The notes under the pieces are model-generated. The model was not told the DNA's origin. It saw nothing but the letters and a program-made list of their open reading frames with translations, and did no database searches. A stretch of 64,000 nucleotides of DNA, taken from assembly GCA_016936235.1 (NCBI GenBank), contig JAFGPK010000005.1:2133-66132 (forward strand). Direction: 5' to 3'. This DNA comes from Candidatus Fermentibacteraceae bacterium. GTDB lineage: Bacteria > Fermentibacterota > Fermentibacteria > Fermentibacterales > JCC-6. The position numbers and the translations under genes were made by a program. Of the stretch, positions 28,844 through 38,798 are shown piece after piece (positions within the stretch are counted from its first letter, which is position 1; every line of letters begins with the position of its first letter).

Positions 28844-29386
28844 ATGAACATTGAGATCAGCGGAAGGCACTTCGACCTTACGGATGCTCTGAAGCAGCAT
28901 GTCGAGAGGAAGCTGGACACCATCGACAGATTCTACGACGGAATACTCAATATACATGTGATACTGGAGGTCACTTCCGGGACCAATCATGTTCATATAC
29001 AGGTGCGGGGCAATCATATAAAACTCGATTCAAAGGCCAAGTCCCACGATATCTACTCGGCGTTCGACGAGGCTTTCGACACCCTTGAACACCGGGTGCG
29101 GAAGTTCAAGGACAAGATGCACAACCACAGAAAGAACCATGATTCCAACGGAGATTCCCTGAGCTTCTACGTGGCCGCTGAGGAATCGGAACTGGACGAC
29201 GGCATACTTATCGATGACTCCAGCGTTATACCGAGGCTTGACACTGAAGAGGCCATCGTGAACTTCGAGATCGAGCCTGAAAAGCAGTTCGTGTTCCAGA
29301 ACAACGAGACCGGCAAGCTCAGTGTTGTATACTCGACCTCGAAGGGTAAGACACAGGTGGTCGAGCTGGTCAGGGAACAGAAATAG
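28844..29386 (+). CDS. hpf: ribosome hibernation promoting factor (long HPF/RaiA)
   Basis: MNIEISGRHFDLTDALK, DIYSAFD, RKFKDK, C-terminal FVFQN.ETG..SVVY; RBS AAGGAG. Confidence 0.9.
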   Translation: MNIEISGRHFDLTDALKQHVERKLDTIDRFYDGILNIHVILEVTSGTNHVHIQVRGNHIKLDSKAKSHDIYSAFDEAFDTLEHRVRKFKDKMHNHRKNHDSNGDSLSFYVAAEESELDDGILIDDSSVIPRLDTEEAIVNFEIEPEKQFVFQNNETGKLSVVYSTSKGKTQVVELVREQK

Positions 29387-29400
29387 CGGAGCGCGTTCCC

Positions 29401-30372
29401 ATGAGAGATATTCCCGACAGGAAGGAACTCACTGTCGGAAAGCTGTACGAGCTTATGGGTGACAAGCTTGACCTCGAGCCCGTCAACGGGCCCTCGGGGC
29501 ATGACCGTCAGGTTGCCTCACCGGATATCAGCAGGCCCGGAATGGCTCTGACGGGATATCTGCACAAGTTCCTCCACGAACGGATACAGATATTCGGCGA
29601 GACGGAGAAATCCTATCTCGATTCGCTGTCGGAGGAGGAAAGAAACTCCTCTCTCAGGTCTTTATTCGATTTTCCCGTATACTGCAGCATAATCACCAAG
29701 GGTCTCGAGCCGCCGGAGGAACTCGTGAGGCTCTCCTTATCGAATTCGGCTGCTCTCTTCCTCTCTAAGAGGGACACCACTCCGCTCATACACGACTTGG
29801 CGGACTTCCTCGACCTGGTGTTCGCCCCCCGGACCGATGTCTACGGTACGCTTGTGGAAGTATTCGGTGCCGGACTGCTGTGCACTGGAAGAAGCGCCAT
29901 AGGCAAGAGCGAAACGGTGCTGGGTCTGATCGAGAGGGGACACCGTCTTATCGCGGATGACATGGTTCATGTCCGCCGGATAGGGAATGCCATTTTCGGA
30001 ACAGGCGACTCGAGAATGGCTCATCATATGGAGATAAGGGGTCTTGGTCTTGTTGACGTGTCAGCATTCTACGGAATAAGGTCCATCAAGGATAGGCAGC
30101 AGATCCACCTGGAGGTGAAGCTGGAGGAGTGGTCGAAGGAGAACCAGGACTTCGATCGTACAGGTCTTGTCCAGCAGCTGAGCACAATCCTGGATATCCC
30201 CATACCAAGGACAGTTATCCCGGTACTTCCGGGCAGGAACCTCACTCTGCTCCTGGAGGTGGCGGTGATGAACTACCTGCTTCTGCAGAAGGGTAGGAAT
30301 GTGCCGGAAGAGGTTGAAAGGGATCTCATCGAGAGGATAATCAGGAAAGAGACCGAATCAGGGATGGATTGA
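29401..30372 (+). CDS. hprK: HPr kinase/phosphorylase
   Basis: RPGMALTG, GRSAIGKSE, RGHRLIADD, HMEIRGLG, DRTG, PGRNL. Confidence 0.95.
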   Translation: MRDIPDRKELTVGKLYELMGDKLDLEPVNGPSGHDRQVASPDISRPGMALTGYLHKFLHERIQIFGETEKSYLDSLSEEERNSSLRSLFDFPVYCSIITKGLEPPEELVRLSLSNSAALFLSKRDTTPLIHDLADFLDLVFAPRTDVYGTLVEVFGAGLLCTGRSAIGKSETVLGLIERGHRLIADDMVHVRRIGNAIFGTGDSRMAHHMEIRGLGLVDVSAFYGIRSIKDRQQIHLEVKLEEWSKENQDFDRTGLVQQLSTILDIPIPRTVIPVLPGRNLTLLLEVAVMNYLLLQKGRNVPEEVERDLIERIIRKETESGMD

Positions 30373-30391
30373 ACCGAACCGGAGGTCCCTA

Positions 30392-30658
30392 TTGAAAACC
30401 GACAGAGCCGAAGTGGTGAACAAGCTGGGTATTCACGCCAGACCGGCAGCCCAGATAGTCAAGACCGCATCCCTTTTCGACAGCATCGTCAATCTGACAG
30501 TGGAGGGCATAACCGTCAATGCCAAGAGCATCATGGGTGTCATGACCCTTGCCGCGTGCAGGGGAAGCGTGATCCAGGTAGAAGCGGAGGGGGAGGATGA
30601 GGATGCTGCGGTGCTTTCAATCATCGAACTCATCGGGAACGGCTTTGGAGAGGAATAG
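30392..30658 (+). CDS. ptsH: phosphocarrier protein HPr
   Basis: GIHARPA (His15) and NAKSIMGVM (Ser46). Confidence 0.96.
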   Translation: MKTDRAEVVNKLGIHARPAAQIVKTASLFDSIVNLTVEGITVNAKSIMGVMTLAACRGSVIQVEAEGEDEDAAVLSIIELIGNGFGEE

Positions 30659-30664
30659 TCCGTC

Positions 30665-32443
30665 TTGAGCGTCAGGCTTTCCGGAACTCCCGCCTCTCCG
30701 GGAGTTTCCATAGGACCCGCATTTCTCCTGGACGTGGAGGAGATAAGGGTCATGAAGAAGGAGCTGGGGAGCGACGGAGAGGTCGAGCAGGAGCTCAGGC
30801 GGTTCCATAAAGCTCTGGAGGAGACCAGGAATGAGCTGGAACTGATCTCCGAGCAGGTGAGCGACATTATCGAGGGAAAACAGCTGATCGAGGTCCATAT
30901 ACTCCTCCTGAACGATCCCTCGATGATCTCCGATGTTGAACACAGGATAAGGGGCGAGCGGGTCAGCGCGGAATACGCGGTCAGCAGGGTCCTCTACGAT
31001 GTGCTGGAACGGTTCGATTCGATGAAGGATCCCTACCTCAGGAACAGGTCGGTTGACGTCAGGGATGTCGGCCGGAGAGTGATGGCCAACCTTCTCGGGA
31101 CCGAACGGGAAGCACTGAAGAACATCAGGAATCCCGTGATCCTGGTCTCACGGGACCTCGATCCTTCCCAGACCGCGGGTCTCTCACGAAGGCAGCTGCT
31201 CGGGATAGTGACAGACCTCGGAGGCTCCACATCGCATACGGCCATACTGGCAAGAAGCATGGGCATACCCGCTGTGGTCGGCCTCGGGGACGTGGCGGAG
31301 TACGCCGTACCCGGACAGACGGTGATAATCGACGGAATACACGGAAATGTCATTCTGGATCCTGAGGAAGACCAGCTGGAGTACTACTCCGAGCTCAAGA
31401 AAAGATACAATCTCGCCGAGGCGGAGATCGCCCTCAACTCCGAGAATCCCGCCGTCACAGGGGACGGGGTCCCCGTCGAGCTGTCAGCCAACATCGAATT
31501 CTCCCAGGAGGCGGACCAGGTGGGCAGGTTCGGAGGCAGGGGAGTCGGTCTTTTCAGGACGGAATTCATAAGGCTCCTCGCGCCAGAAATGGAGGATGAT
31601 GAGGAATTCCATTTCAGGGCCTACAGCCATGTGCTGAAGACCATCGCCCCCGATCCTGTGATAATCAGGACCCTTGATCTGGGTGGCGACAAGTTTCTGG
31701 ATTCCATTCCCACCTTGGAGCGGAACCCTTTTCTGGGCTGGAGGGCCATCAGGATATGCCTGGACAGGCCGGAGAAGTTCGGCGTGCAGCTCAGGGCGCT
31801 GCTCAGGGCCGCAAGGTTCGGTAACGAGAGGATCATGCTGCCCATGATCACCGACCAGTTCCAGATACTCAGGGTCAGGTCCATGCTGGAGGAGATAGCG
31901 GGACAGCTGGACCGGGCAGGTATCAGGAGGGGGGAGATCCCGCCTCTGGGCATAATGGTGGAGACTCCCGCTGCGGTGATAGCCCTGGACCACCTCCTGC
32001 CGCATGCGGACTTCGTCTCCATCGGCACCAACGACCTGACGCAGTATACTCTCGCGGTGGACAGGGGAAGTCCCTACGTGTCTAACCTCTTCGATCCCTT
32101 CCACCCGGCGGTGGTAAGGCAGATCGAGATGGCAGCCGGAAGGTGCCGCGAATCGGAGAAGTGGATCGGGATCTGCGGTCAGATGGCCAGCGATCCGCTG
32201 GCGATCCCGCTGCTGATCGGTTTCGGTATAAACGAGCTCAGTGTTCCCATTACCCTCATACCGGACGTGAAGGAGATGCTCAAGGCCATAAGGATGAACG
32301 AGGTGCGAGAACTGGCGGCGGAATCTCTGATGATGGAATCAGGCGAGCAGATAAGGAGCTTCATACTGAAATACGTCGAATCACGATACCCGGAGATCAT
32401 TCTTGACGAGATCCATCGGGACAGAGAGGACGGTGGTTCCTGA
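30665..32443 (+). CDS. ptsI: PTS enzyme I
   Basis: GGSTSHTAI, GVGLFRTEF, RTLDLGGDK, NPFLGWR, SIGTNDLTQY, GICG. Confidence 0.96.
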   Translation: MSVRLSGTPASPGVSIGPAFLLDVEEIRVMKKELGSDGEVEQELRRFHKALEETRNELELISEQVSDIIEGKQLIEVHILLLNDPSMISDVEHRIRGERVSAEYAVSRVLYDVLERFDSMKDPYLRNRSVDVRDVGRRVMANLLGTEREALKNIRNPVILVSRDLDPSQTAGLSRRQLLGIVTDLGGSTSHTAILARSMGIPAVVGLGDVAEYAVPGQTVIIDGIHGNVILDPEEDQLEYYSELKKRYNLAEAEIALNSENPAVTGDGVPVELSANIEFSQEADQVGRFGGRGVGLFRTEFIRLLAPEMEDDEEFHFRAYSHVLKTIAPDPVIIRTLDLGGDKFLDSIPTLERNPFLGWRAIRICLDRPEKFGVQLRALLRAARFGNERIMLPMITDQFQILRVRSMLEEIAGQLDRAGIRRGEIPPLGIMVETPAAVIALDHLLPHADFVSIGTNDLTQYTLAVDRGSPYVSNLFDPFHPAVVRQIEMAAGRCRESEKWIGICGQMASDPLAIPLLIGFGINELSVPITLIPDVKEMLKAIRMNEVRELAAESLMMESGEQIRSFILKYVESRYPEIILDEIHRDREDGGS

Positions 32444-32444
32444 C

Positions 32445-33425
32445 ATGCACGCCGTGATACCCGTTGCCGGAAGAGGGACCAGAATGAGGCCCCTGACATG
32501 GTCCGTACCGAAGGTCCTGATCCGCCTGGCGGGGAATACGATGCTGGGGCACATACTCGATGAGCTTGCAGTGGCCGGGGTGGACCATGTAACGCTCGTT
32601 ACCGGATACCTCGGGGATCAGATAGTGAAATGGACCACTGAGAACTACCCCGGTATCAGTGTCGACCATGCCGTGCAGGAGAAGATGGACGGACTTGCCT
32701 CCGCTATCAGCCTGGCATCGCCCATGACGGATGACGGCCCCCTTCTGGTGGTGCTCGGCGATACCCTTTTCTCAGCCGACCTTTCAAAGGCCATGGTGGA
32801 TGGCAGGAACATGATCGCCGTAAGCAGGGTTGACGATCCGAGGAGGTTCGGGGTAGTGGTCATGGAAGGTGACAGAGTAGTGAGACTTGTGGAGAAACCT
32901 GCCGAACCTGTCAGCAACCTGGCCATAGTAGGCATCTACGTCTTCAGCTCCGGCAGGGCCCTCATGGACGCCACCGAAAGACTGATCGGAAGCGGAAAGA
33001 GGACCAGGGGCGAGTACCAGCTCACGGATGCCATGCAGCTGATGCTGGATGACGGCCATGACTTCGGGGCTTTCAGTGTGGAGGGATGGTACGACTGCGG
33101 AAAACCGGAGACGATGCTCAGCACGAACCGCATCCTCCTTGACAGGGGCAGGGGCAGGTCCTCCTCCAGGGTGGAGGGATCGGTCATCCTGCCGCCTGTG
33201 AGCATACACGAGGATGCCGAGATCGTTTCCTCCATCGTAGGACCCTACGTCTCGATAGCCTCCGGCTGCCGTATCGAGGGAACACTGATATCCGACTCCA
33301 TCGTAGGATGCGGCACCACCATCCGGAATGCCAACATCAGCGGCTCACTGATCGGTGACAACGCCACGGTGAGCGGCAATTCCGCCAGGATGATAGCCGG
33401 CAGTACCTGCGAAATTGAAATCTAA
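32445..33425 (+). CDS. sugar-phosphate nucleotidyltransferase (glucose-1-phosphate thymidylyltransferase, long form)
   Basis: AGRGTRMRPLT...PK, LGD, VEKP, RGEYQLTDA, WYDCG, C-terminal left-handed beta-helix. Confidence 0.9.
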   Translation: MHAVIPVAGRGTRMRPLTWSVPKVLIRLAGNTMLGHILDELAVAGVDHVTLVTGYLGDQIVKWTTENYPGISVDHAVQEKMDGLASAISLASPMTDDGPLLVVLGDTLFSADLSKAMVDGRNMIAVSRVDDPRRFGVVVMEGDRVVRLVEKPAEPVSNLAIVGIYVFSSGRALMDATERLIGSGKRTRGEYQLTDAMQLMLDDGHDFGAFSVEGWYDCGKPETMLSTNRILLDRGRGRSSSRVEGSVILPPVSIHEDAEIVSSIVGPYVSIASGCRIEGTLISDSIVGCGTTIRNANISGSLIGDNATVSGNSARMIAGSTCEIEI

Positions 33426-34485
33426 CCCCAGCAGAGGTCCCGCTCTAATCTATGCCGATGCGCTGGGCAACCGGGGCGGTACAGGAGTGTACCTCAGAAG
33501 GCTCCTGACCGGATTCGCCGGCAACGGGGCCGATGTGCTGGCAGCCGTTGGCGGGCAGGTGACATCGCCATCAGGGGCACTCGTTGCAAAACCGATGACC
33601 GGCATAAGAAAAGTGTTCTGGGAGAACATGATACTCCCCGCGGGTAATTACTCCCCGAGACCCGGCATAGTCCACCTGCCGGCATTCTCCGGAAGAGGGA
33701 TCCGGGGAGTTCCCAGTGCCGTCACGGTACATGATCTCGCCTTCTGCAGGAACCCGGCATGGTTCCCTCCGATAAGGTCCCTCTACTACAGGCTGCTTTT
33801 CAGACGGACGGCTTCAAAGGCTTCCGTCATAATGGTTGACAGTGATTTCACGGCCTCAGAGGCTGAATCCCTCCTCGGGATCGAAAGGGAAAGGATAAGG
33901 AGGGTATACCTCTCCACGGAGCCCTTCGTGGCGGACCCGGCGGCCTTCAGGGAGAGTATCGGCATCAGCGGGAGGTATGTTGTGTTCACCGGCACTGTGG
34001 AACCGAGGAAGAACATCCAGGCCCTCCTGAGAGCATGGGCTGAGGTGAGACGGGTCCATCCCGAGCTGACACTGGTACTGGCAGGCAGGTGGGGCTGGGG
34101 AAGCCGCAGGCTCCGGGAAAGCCTGGCGGGGACGGAAGGCGTGATCCATACGGGCAGTCTGCCCCTGAACATTCTCAAGAGCTGCGTGAATGGAGCCTCC
34201 CTGATGGTCTACCCATCGCTTTACGAGGGTTTCGGTCTTCCGCCACTGGAGGCCGCCTCGGCCGGCGTACCCTCGGTGGTATCTCCGGCGGAGGTCCTTA
34301 AGGAGGTCTACGGGGATATCTCCCTGGTGGCGGGAGGTTTTGACGCTACATCACTTTCGAAGGCCATACTTGAAGGTCTGGAGACAGCCGTGGATGCCGG
34401 GGCTCTCATGGATTTTGCAGGGAGTTTCTCAGTGGAGACCATGGCTTCCGCCGTCCTGGACGTTTACCGGGAGTTCGGAGCATGA
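33415..34485 (+). CDS. GT4 glycosyltransferase
   Basis: GGTGVY, VTVHDL, GTVEPRKN, PSLYEGFGLPPLEA. Confidence 0.9.
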   Translation: MKSNPSRGPALIYADALGNRGGTGVYLRRLLTGFAGNGADVLAAVGGQVTSPSGALVAKPMTGIRKVFWENMILPAGNYSPRPGIVHLPAFSGRGIRGVPSAVTVHDLAFCRNPAWFPPIRSLYYRLLFRRTASKASVIMVDSDFTASEAESLLGIERERIRRVYLSTEPFVADPAAFRESIGISGRYVVFTGTVEPRKNIQALLRAWAEVRRVHPELTLVLAGRWGWGSRRLRESLAGTEGVIHTGSLPLNILKSCVNGASLMVYPSLYEGFGLPPLEAASAGVPSVVSPAEVLKEVYGDISLVAGGFDATSLSKAILEGLETAVDAGALMDFAGSFSVETMASAVLDVYREFGA

Positions 34486-35558
34486 GGGTGCTTCAGGTCT
34501 ACAAGGATGTTCATCCCTTCGTCAGGGGGGGTATCGAGAGGTACGTGCACGACCTGTCGGCATTCCTGACGGAAAGAGGGCACCGGGTCACGGTTCTCGT
34601 GGCCGGAAAGAAGGGCAGGGAGACAGAAGTCTCCGGCTTCAGGGTCATCGAGTACCCCTGCATATGCAGGATCCTGTCGAATCCGGTATCACCCGGCCTG
34701 GGTGCGGTGCTTGGTTCCATGGAGGCGGATGTGGTCCATTTCCATGTGCCCCTTCCATCCGCGGTGATGGCCTGGCTTATGTCGGGCAACACCTGTCCGT
34801 ACATGGTCACCTATCACAGCGACATAGTCAGACAGGCATTCCTGATGCCTGTCTACGGCCCTTTCCTGAGGAGGTTCCTCGAAGGCGCCCGGAAGGTCCT
34901 TGCCACTTCGCCGGTATACAGGGAGACATCCCCTTACCTTGCAGGACTTCAGAACACGTGCGTAGTCCCCATAGGGACTGACCTGAGGGTTTTCACACCT
35001 TCCACGGACGGTGGAGGGGAGTACGCCCTCTTCGTAGGAAGGTTCAGGAGCTACAAGGGTATACATGTGCTCCTCGATGCCTGGAGGGAGTTCCCGGAAC
35101 GAAGGCTTATCATGGTGGGAGGAGGTCCCCTGGAGGGTCTTGTCAGGAAGAGAGTGCACATGGACGGGCTGAACGTGAGCATACTCAGCGATCCGGACGA
35201 CAGGAGCCTGGTGGAACTGTACAGGCGCGCCTCCTTTCTCGTACTGCCGTCCACCAGGCGCAGCGAGGCGTTCGGTATGGTGCAGACCGAGGCTATGGCA
35301 TGCGGCGTACCGGTAATAAGCACCGACCTGCCGACCGGGGTGCCATGGGTCAACAGACACGGGGTGAGCGGTCTCGTGGTTCCGCCCGGAGATCCAGGGG
35401 CGCTGGCGGATGCGGTCAGGCGGATGGATGACGCCGGGCTCCGCTCGAGGCTGGCCCTCGGCGCGCTGGACAGGGCAAGGAACGAGTTCGACTCCGGGAA
35501 GCTCTTCCTCAGGGTGGAGGATCTGCTGAGGGAGGCTTCGGGTGACGGAAAGGACTGA
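34482..35558 (+). CDS. GT4 glycosyltransferase (WfcD/mannosyltransferase-like)
   Basis: GGIER, TYHSD, FVGR...YKG, PS..RSEAFGMVQTEAMACG.P. Confidence 0.9.
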   Translation: MRVLQVYKDVHPFVRGGIERYVHDLSAFLTERGHRVTVLVAGKKGRETEVSGFRVIEYPCICRILSNPVSPGLGAVLGSMEADVVHFHVPLPSAVMAWLMSGNTCPYMVTYHSDIVRQAFLMPVYGPFLRRFLEGARKVLATSPVYRETSPYLAGLQNTCVVPIGTDLRVFTPSTDGGGEYALFVGRFRSYKGIHVLLDAWREFPERRLIMVGGGPLEGLVRKRVHMDGLNVSILSDPDDRSLVELYRRASFLVLPSTRRSEAFGMVQTEAMACGVPVISTDLPTGVPWVNRHGVSGLVVPPGDPGALADAVRRMDDAGLRSRLALGALDRARNEFDSGKLFLRVEDLLREASGDGKD

Positions 35559-36081
35559 CAACGCAGATGGCCGTCTGAAGGCCGAAGTCCTCATGGTCGT
35601 ACTGGCTACAGGCGCCGGAGTGATCGAGAACCTCCTGCCGAGACCCGTACCATTCATTAAACCAGGTCTGGCGAACATCGTCACCGTGGCCGCCGTGGCC
35701 AGGTACGGAATGCTGACCGGGCTGCGGGTGAATATCCTCAGAACCACGGGTGCGGCGCTTTTCACAGGCTCTCTCGCCACCCCGACCTACGTTCTGTCCC
35801 TTGCCGGCGGAGTGGCGTCCGCGATGGTGATGGGCGCTTCAAGACGGCTCCTGTCAGTCACAGGCATTTCCGTTGCCGGCAGTCTTGCATCCCTCTGGAT
35901 CCAGCTGGTACTTGCTTCGGTGCTGCTGCCCGGGCTTCCCGCCGCGTCGATCCTTCTGCCGCTGTCCGTTTGGGGTTTCCTCTCGGGAGCGGTCACAGGT
36001 ATTATTGCAGCTGTACTGCTGAGAAAGGGATTTCCATGGATGCCCGGGACAGGGGTTGATTCGGCAGGTTCGCGGACATAG
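35542..36081 (+). CDS. Gx transporter family protein (heptaprenyl-PP synthase component I-like)
   Basis: IENLLP.PVP.IKPGLANIVT, SLAGG, S..GISV.G; 5 TM segments. Confidence 0.8.
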   Translation: MTERTDNADGRLKAEVLMVVLATGAGVIENLLPRPVPFIKPGLANIVTVAAVARYGMLTGLRVNILRTTGAALFTGSLATPTYVLSLAGGVASAMVMGASRRLLSVTGISVAGSLASLWIQLVLASVLLPGLPAASILLPLSVWGFLSGAVTGIIAAVLLRKGFPWMPGTGVDSAGSRT

Positions 36082-36102
36082 ATTACGAAGGCTGGAGGTA
36101 TT

Positions 36103-36375
36103 TTGCTTCACAATCGCTCGACCGGGTTCTGGATAGCCATATCGTTCTTCGGTATGATGACGGGTACCGTGTTCGGTGAGGCGATGGCGGCGGTTCTTCC
36201 GGAGTCTTCCACCGCCCTCAAGTCGTTCTTCGGTGGAGCGCTGGAGTTTTCGATCGGGCCCTTCGGCTTCGATCTTGTGGTTCTCAGGTTCGCACTTGAG
36301 GAAATTGCCTTCAAACTGAACCTGATGAGTTTTGCGGGACTGATGTTTGTGGGTTATCTTTACCGCTGGTTCTGA
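36103..36375 (+). CDS. small membrane protein, DUF4321-like
   Basis: G...G...GE, IGP..FDL.V..F, LNLMS..G; RBS GGAGG. Confidence 0.7.
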   Translation: MLHNRSTGFWIAISFFGMMTGTVFGEAMAAVLPESSTALKSFFGGALEFSIGPFGFDLVVLRFALEEIAFKLNLMSFAGLMFVGYLYRWF

Positions 36376-36403
36376 GCAGTACCCTTTTACAGGAGTGATG
36401 ATG

Positions 36404-36607
36404 ATGTTTCGTCCAGGCACCGGTGAGATAATACTGATAATAGTCGCTCTTCTTCTCCTTTTCGGAGCCAAGAGGATCCCGGACCTCGCCCGTTCCGTGG
36501 GTCAGGCGCTCCACATGTTCAGAAAGGGGATGAAGGAGGGAATACCGGATTCCGACAAAGAGGATGATGATTCCGGAAACGGGGAAGACGCGAATGGCCA
36601 CAGTTAG
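36404..36607 (+). CDS. tatA: twin-arginine translocase TatA/TatE
   Basis: G..EIILII..LLLFGAKRIPDLARSVG.A...FRKG with acidic tail; RBS AGGAG. Confidence 0.92.
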   Translation: MFRPGTGEIILIIVALLLLFGAKRIPDLARSVGQALHMFRKGMKEGIPDSDKEDDDSGNGEDANGHS

Positions 36608-37202
36608 CTACAGCTCGAGGGAAATAGACTGCAAGCTCGTATACGCCGGACCGGGGCTGTCAGGCAAGACCACGAACGTGAAGTTCATCCACAGCCAGAT
36701 TCCTTCAAGCGACAGGGGCAAGCTTATCTCTCTGGCCACCGGAAACGAGCGCACTCTCTTCTTCGATTTCCTTCCGATCAATACGGGGACCATATACGGA
36801 TTCAAGGTGAGGCTCCATCTTTACAGCGTTCCCGGACAGGCCATGTACACCGACAGCAGACAGCTGATACTGCAGGGGGTAGACGGCATAATCTTCGTGG
36901 CCGATTCGCAGAGGGCCAGAATGGACGCCAACATAGCAAGTCTCAGGGACCTCAAGGAAAACCTCAGGGACACGAAGCGCAAGGGGCTCAGCCTCGTCCT
37001 TCAGGCAAACAAGAGGGACCTGCCTGACATTCTTCCCACTGACACCATCCGGAAGAAACTGGGACTGGAGCGGGTACCATGCATCGAATCCGTGGCCGTT
37101 GACGGTACCGGGGTCTTCGAGACCCTGAGAAAGGCGAGCCGGATCGTCATGAGAAGGCTCCACCGTCAGTTCTCCCTTGCCCTTAACGAGAAGCGAGGCT
37201 GA
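36594..37202 (+). CDS. mglA: MglA-family small Ras-like GTPase (copy 1)
   Basis: REI.CKLVY.GPGLSGKTTN, ERTLFFDFLP, LYSVPGQ, GVDG..FVADSQ, NKRDLP, ESVA. Confidence 0.9.
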   Translation: MATVSYSSREIDCKLVYAGPGLSGKTTNVKFIHSQIPSSDRGKLISLATGNERTLFFDFLPINTGTIYGFKVRLHLYSVPGQAMYTDSRQLILQGVDGIIFVADSQRARMDANIASLRDLKENLRDTKRKGLSLVLQANKRDLPDILPTDTIRKKLGLERVPCIESVAVDGTGVFETLRKASRIVMRRLHRQFSLALNEKRG

Positions 37203-38733
37203 TTTGGACGAAGGCAGACTGGTTGACCTCCTCCTGGTAAGACTCAGCAGGGACGATGAGAAGCAGAAGGTAATCGACCTGCTGGTCAGCGAATTGGGAA
37301 TGACCCAGGAACAGGCCACCGAAAAGGTGGAAAAGTCCCCCAGCATTCTCAGGGAGAACGTGGAGATGGAACAGGGCAGGATCCTTCAGGACAGGATGTA
37401 CCCCTTTGTCGATCTCCTGCCGAAGTACTACAAGAGCGGGACCGAACCCTCGACCCAGACAGCTCCGGATTCGCCGGCAACGGAGGAAGCCGTTCCATCC
37501 CCTCCGGAGGACGACTCCATACAGCACGGTTTCGACGACATCGGTGTGAAAGGGGCTGATCAGGACATCGATCAGGATGAGGACATGAGCGACATCATCC
37601 ACAACCAGAGCGCCATCACCGAAGATGAGTACAAGGTGTCCTACGATGATGCGGAAGATGAATCCCTCATAATCACATCCGCAGCTGAAGATGTAATAAA
37701 CGTTGACAGGTGCCATATCTGTGGCAGGACTCCCACCAAAGATGAAAAACTGGTCCCATGCACCACATGCGGGGAACTCACGTGCGTCAGATGCTACAAC
37801 AGGAAGGAACACGTCTGCGAGAAATGCGCGGCGATGGGTAGGACGGTCGACCGGCCGCTGGATGCGCCTCCAGAGATGGAATCCCCGGCCAGGCCCGAAC
37901 CGGAGCATTTCTCCACCAGCAGAAGACCCCCGGCGCGCAAGTCCGCCTCGGTACGCTCAGGTTCATTCTTCGGCATCTCTCCCGTGATTCTCGCAGTATC
38001 GGTCCTGGTCGTTCTGGCGATCGCGTTCGTCCTTCTGGACCCCCTGAACATGCTAGGCAAGGATGAGGGGGAAGACGGAAGCACCGCTTTTGTCCCGGAC
38101 ACGGTGGATGTGCATCCGCAGGATACCGTCGCGACAGGTCCGGTCGAGGTTCCCGATTCATCCATCGTGGCAGTGGTCGACTCGGGCGTCGTTGCGCAGG
38201 ACTCCATGATGACGGATACGCTTGACACACCTCCGGCAATCTCCCTGAGAGATATCAGCCTTCCGGATTCACTGCTGATCCCGGATGGCTTCCCGGTTCC
38301 CAGGGCAGTCACAGATCTGCGCATACAGGGGATAGAGGTTCAGTCGGAATCTCTGCAGTTCATCGCCACCCCTCTCGGCCAGCTCTCGGCCCTTTACTCC
38401 ATAGAGCTGGACGGTTACTCGCTCATCAGGACCGAATCAGGGCACGACATACTCCTCATGTCAATCCTGCACCCTGAACCCGCTGAGAAGAGGGCAGCCA
38501 TGATCGGCATGCTGGGTTCTCTGCTTGATTCCACCATGATCGACCAGATGGTGCTCTACTACCAGGAGAACCAGTACTACGAGCCGGATATGTTCTCGTT
38601 CACGGCCGACAGCTTCAGTGCCCTGGCCCTTTCCACCAGCCCCTACTTCCTTCAGAGAAAACAGGCCATGATACCGGAGACATCTGAACTCGTGACCGGT
38701 CTCATCTTCCAGCGGATGACGGATCTGGACTGA
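37177..38733 (+). CDS. hypothetical single-pass membrane protein with cytoplasmic 4xCxxC zinc finger
   Basis: N-terminal ~80-aa alpha/beta domain, acidic linker, CHIC..CTTC..CVRC..CEKC, TM helix, Asp/Thr/Val-rich stalk, external C-terminal domain. Confidence 0.75.
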   Translation: MPLTRSEADLDEGRLVDLLLVRLSRDDEKQKVIDLLVSELGMTQEQATEKVEKSPSILRENVEMEQGRILQDRMYPFVDLLPKYYKSGTEPSTQTAPDSPATEEAVPSPPEDDSIQHGFDDIGVKGADQDIDQDEDMSDIIHNQSAITEDEYKVSYDDAEDESLIITSAAEDVINVDRCHICGRTPTKDEKLVPCTTCGELTCVRCYNRKEHVCEKCAAMGRTVDRPLDAPPEMESPARPEPEHFSTSRRPPARKSASVRSGSFFGISPVILAVSVLVVLAIAFVLLDPLNMLGKDEGEDGSTAFVPDTVDVHPQDTVATGPVEVPDSSIVAVVDSGVVAQDSMMTDTLDTPPAISLRDISLPDSLLIPDGFPVPRAVTDLRIQGIEVQSESLQFIATPLGQLSALYSIELDGYSLIRTESGHDILLMSILHPEPAEKRAAMIGMLGSLLDSTMIDQMVLYYQENQYYEPDMFSFTADSFSALALSTSPYFLQRKQAMIPETSELVTGLIFQRMTDLD

Positions 38734-38798
38734 GACTGCATCCGGTGGCCGATCCCGGTCTGGCTTTCCTCCAATGAACATTCAAGCATGAAAGAGAC

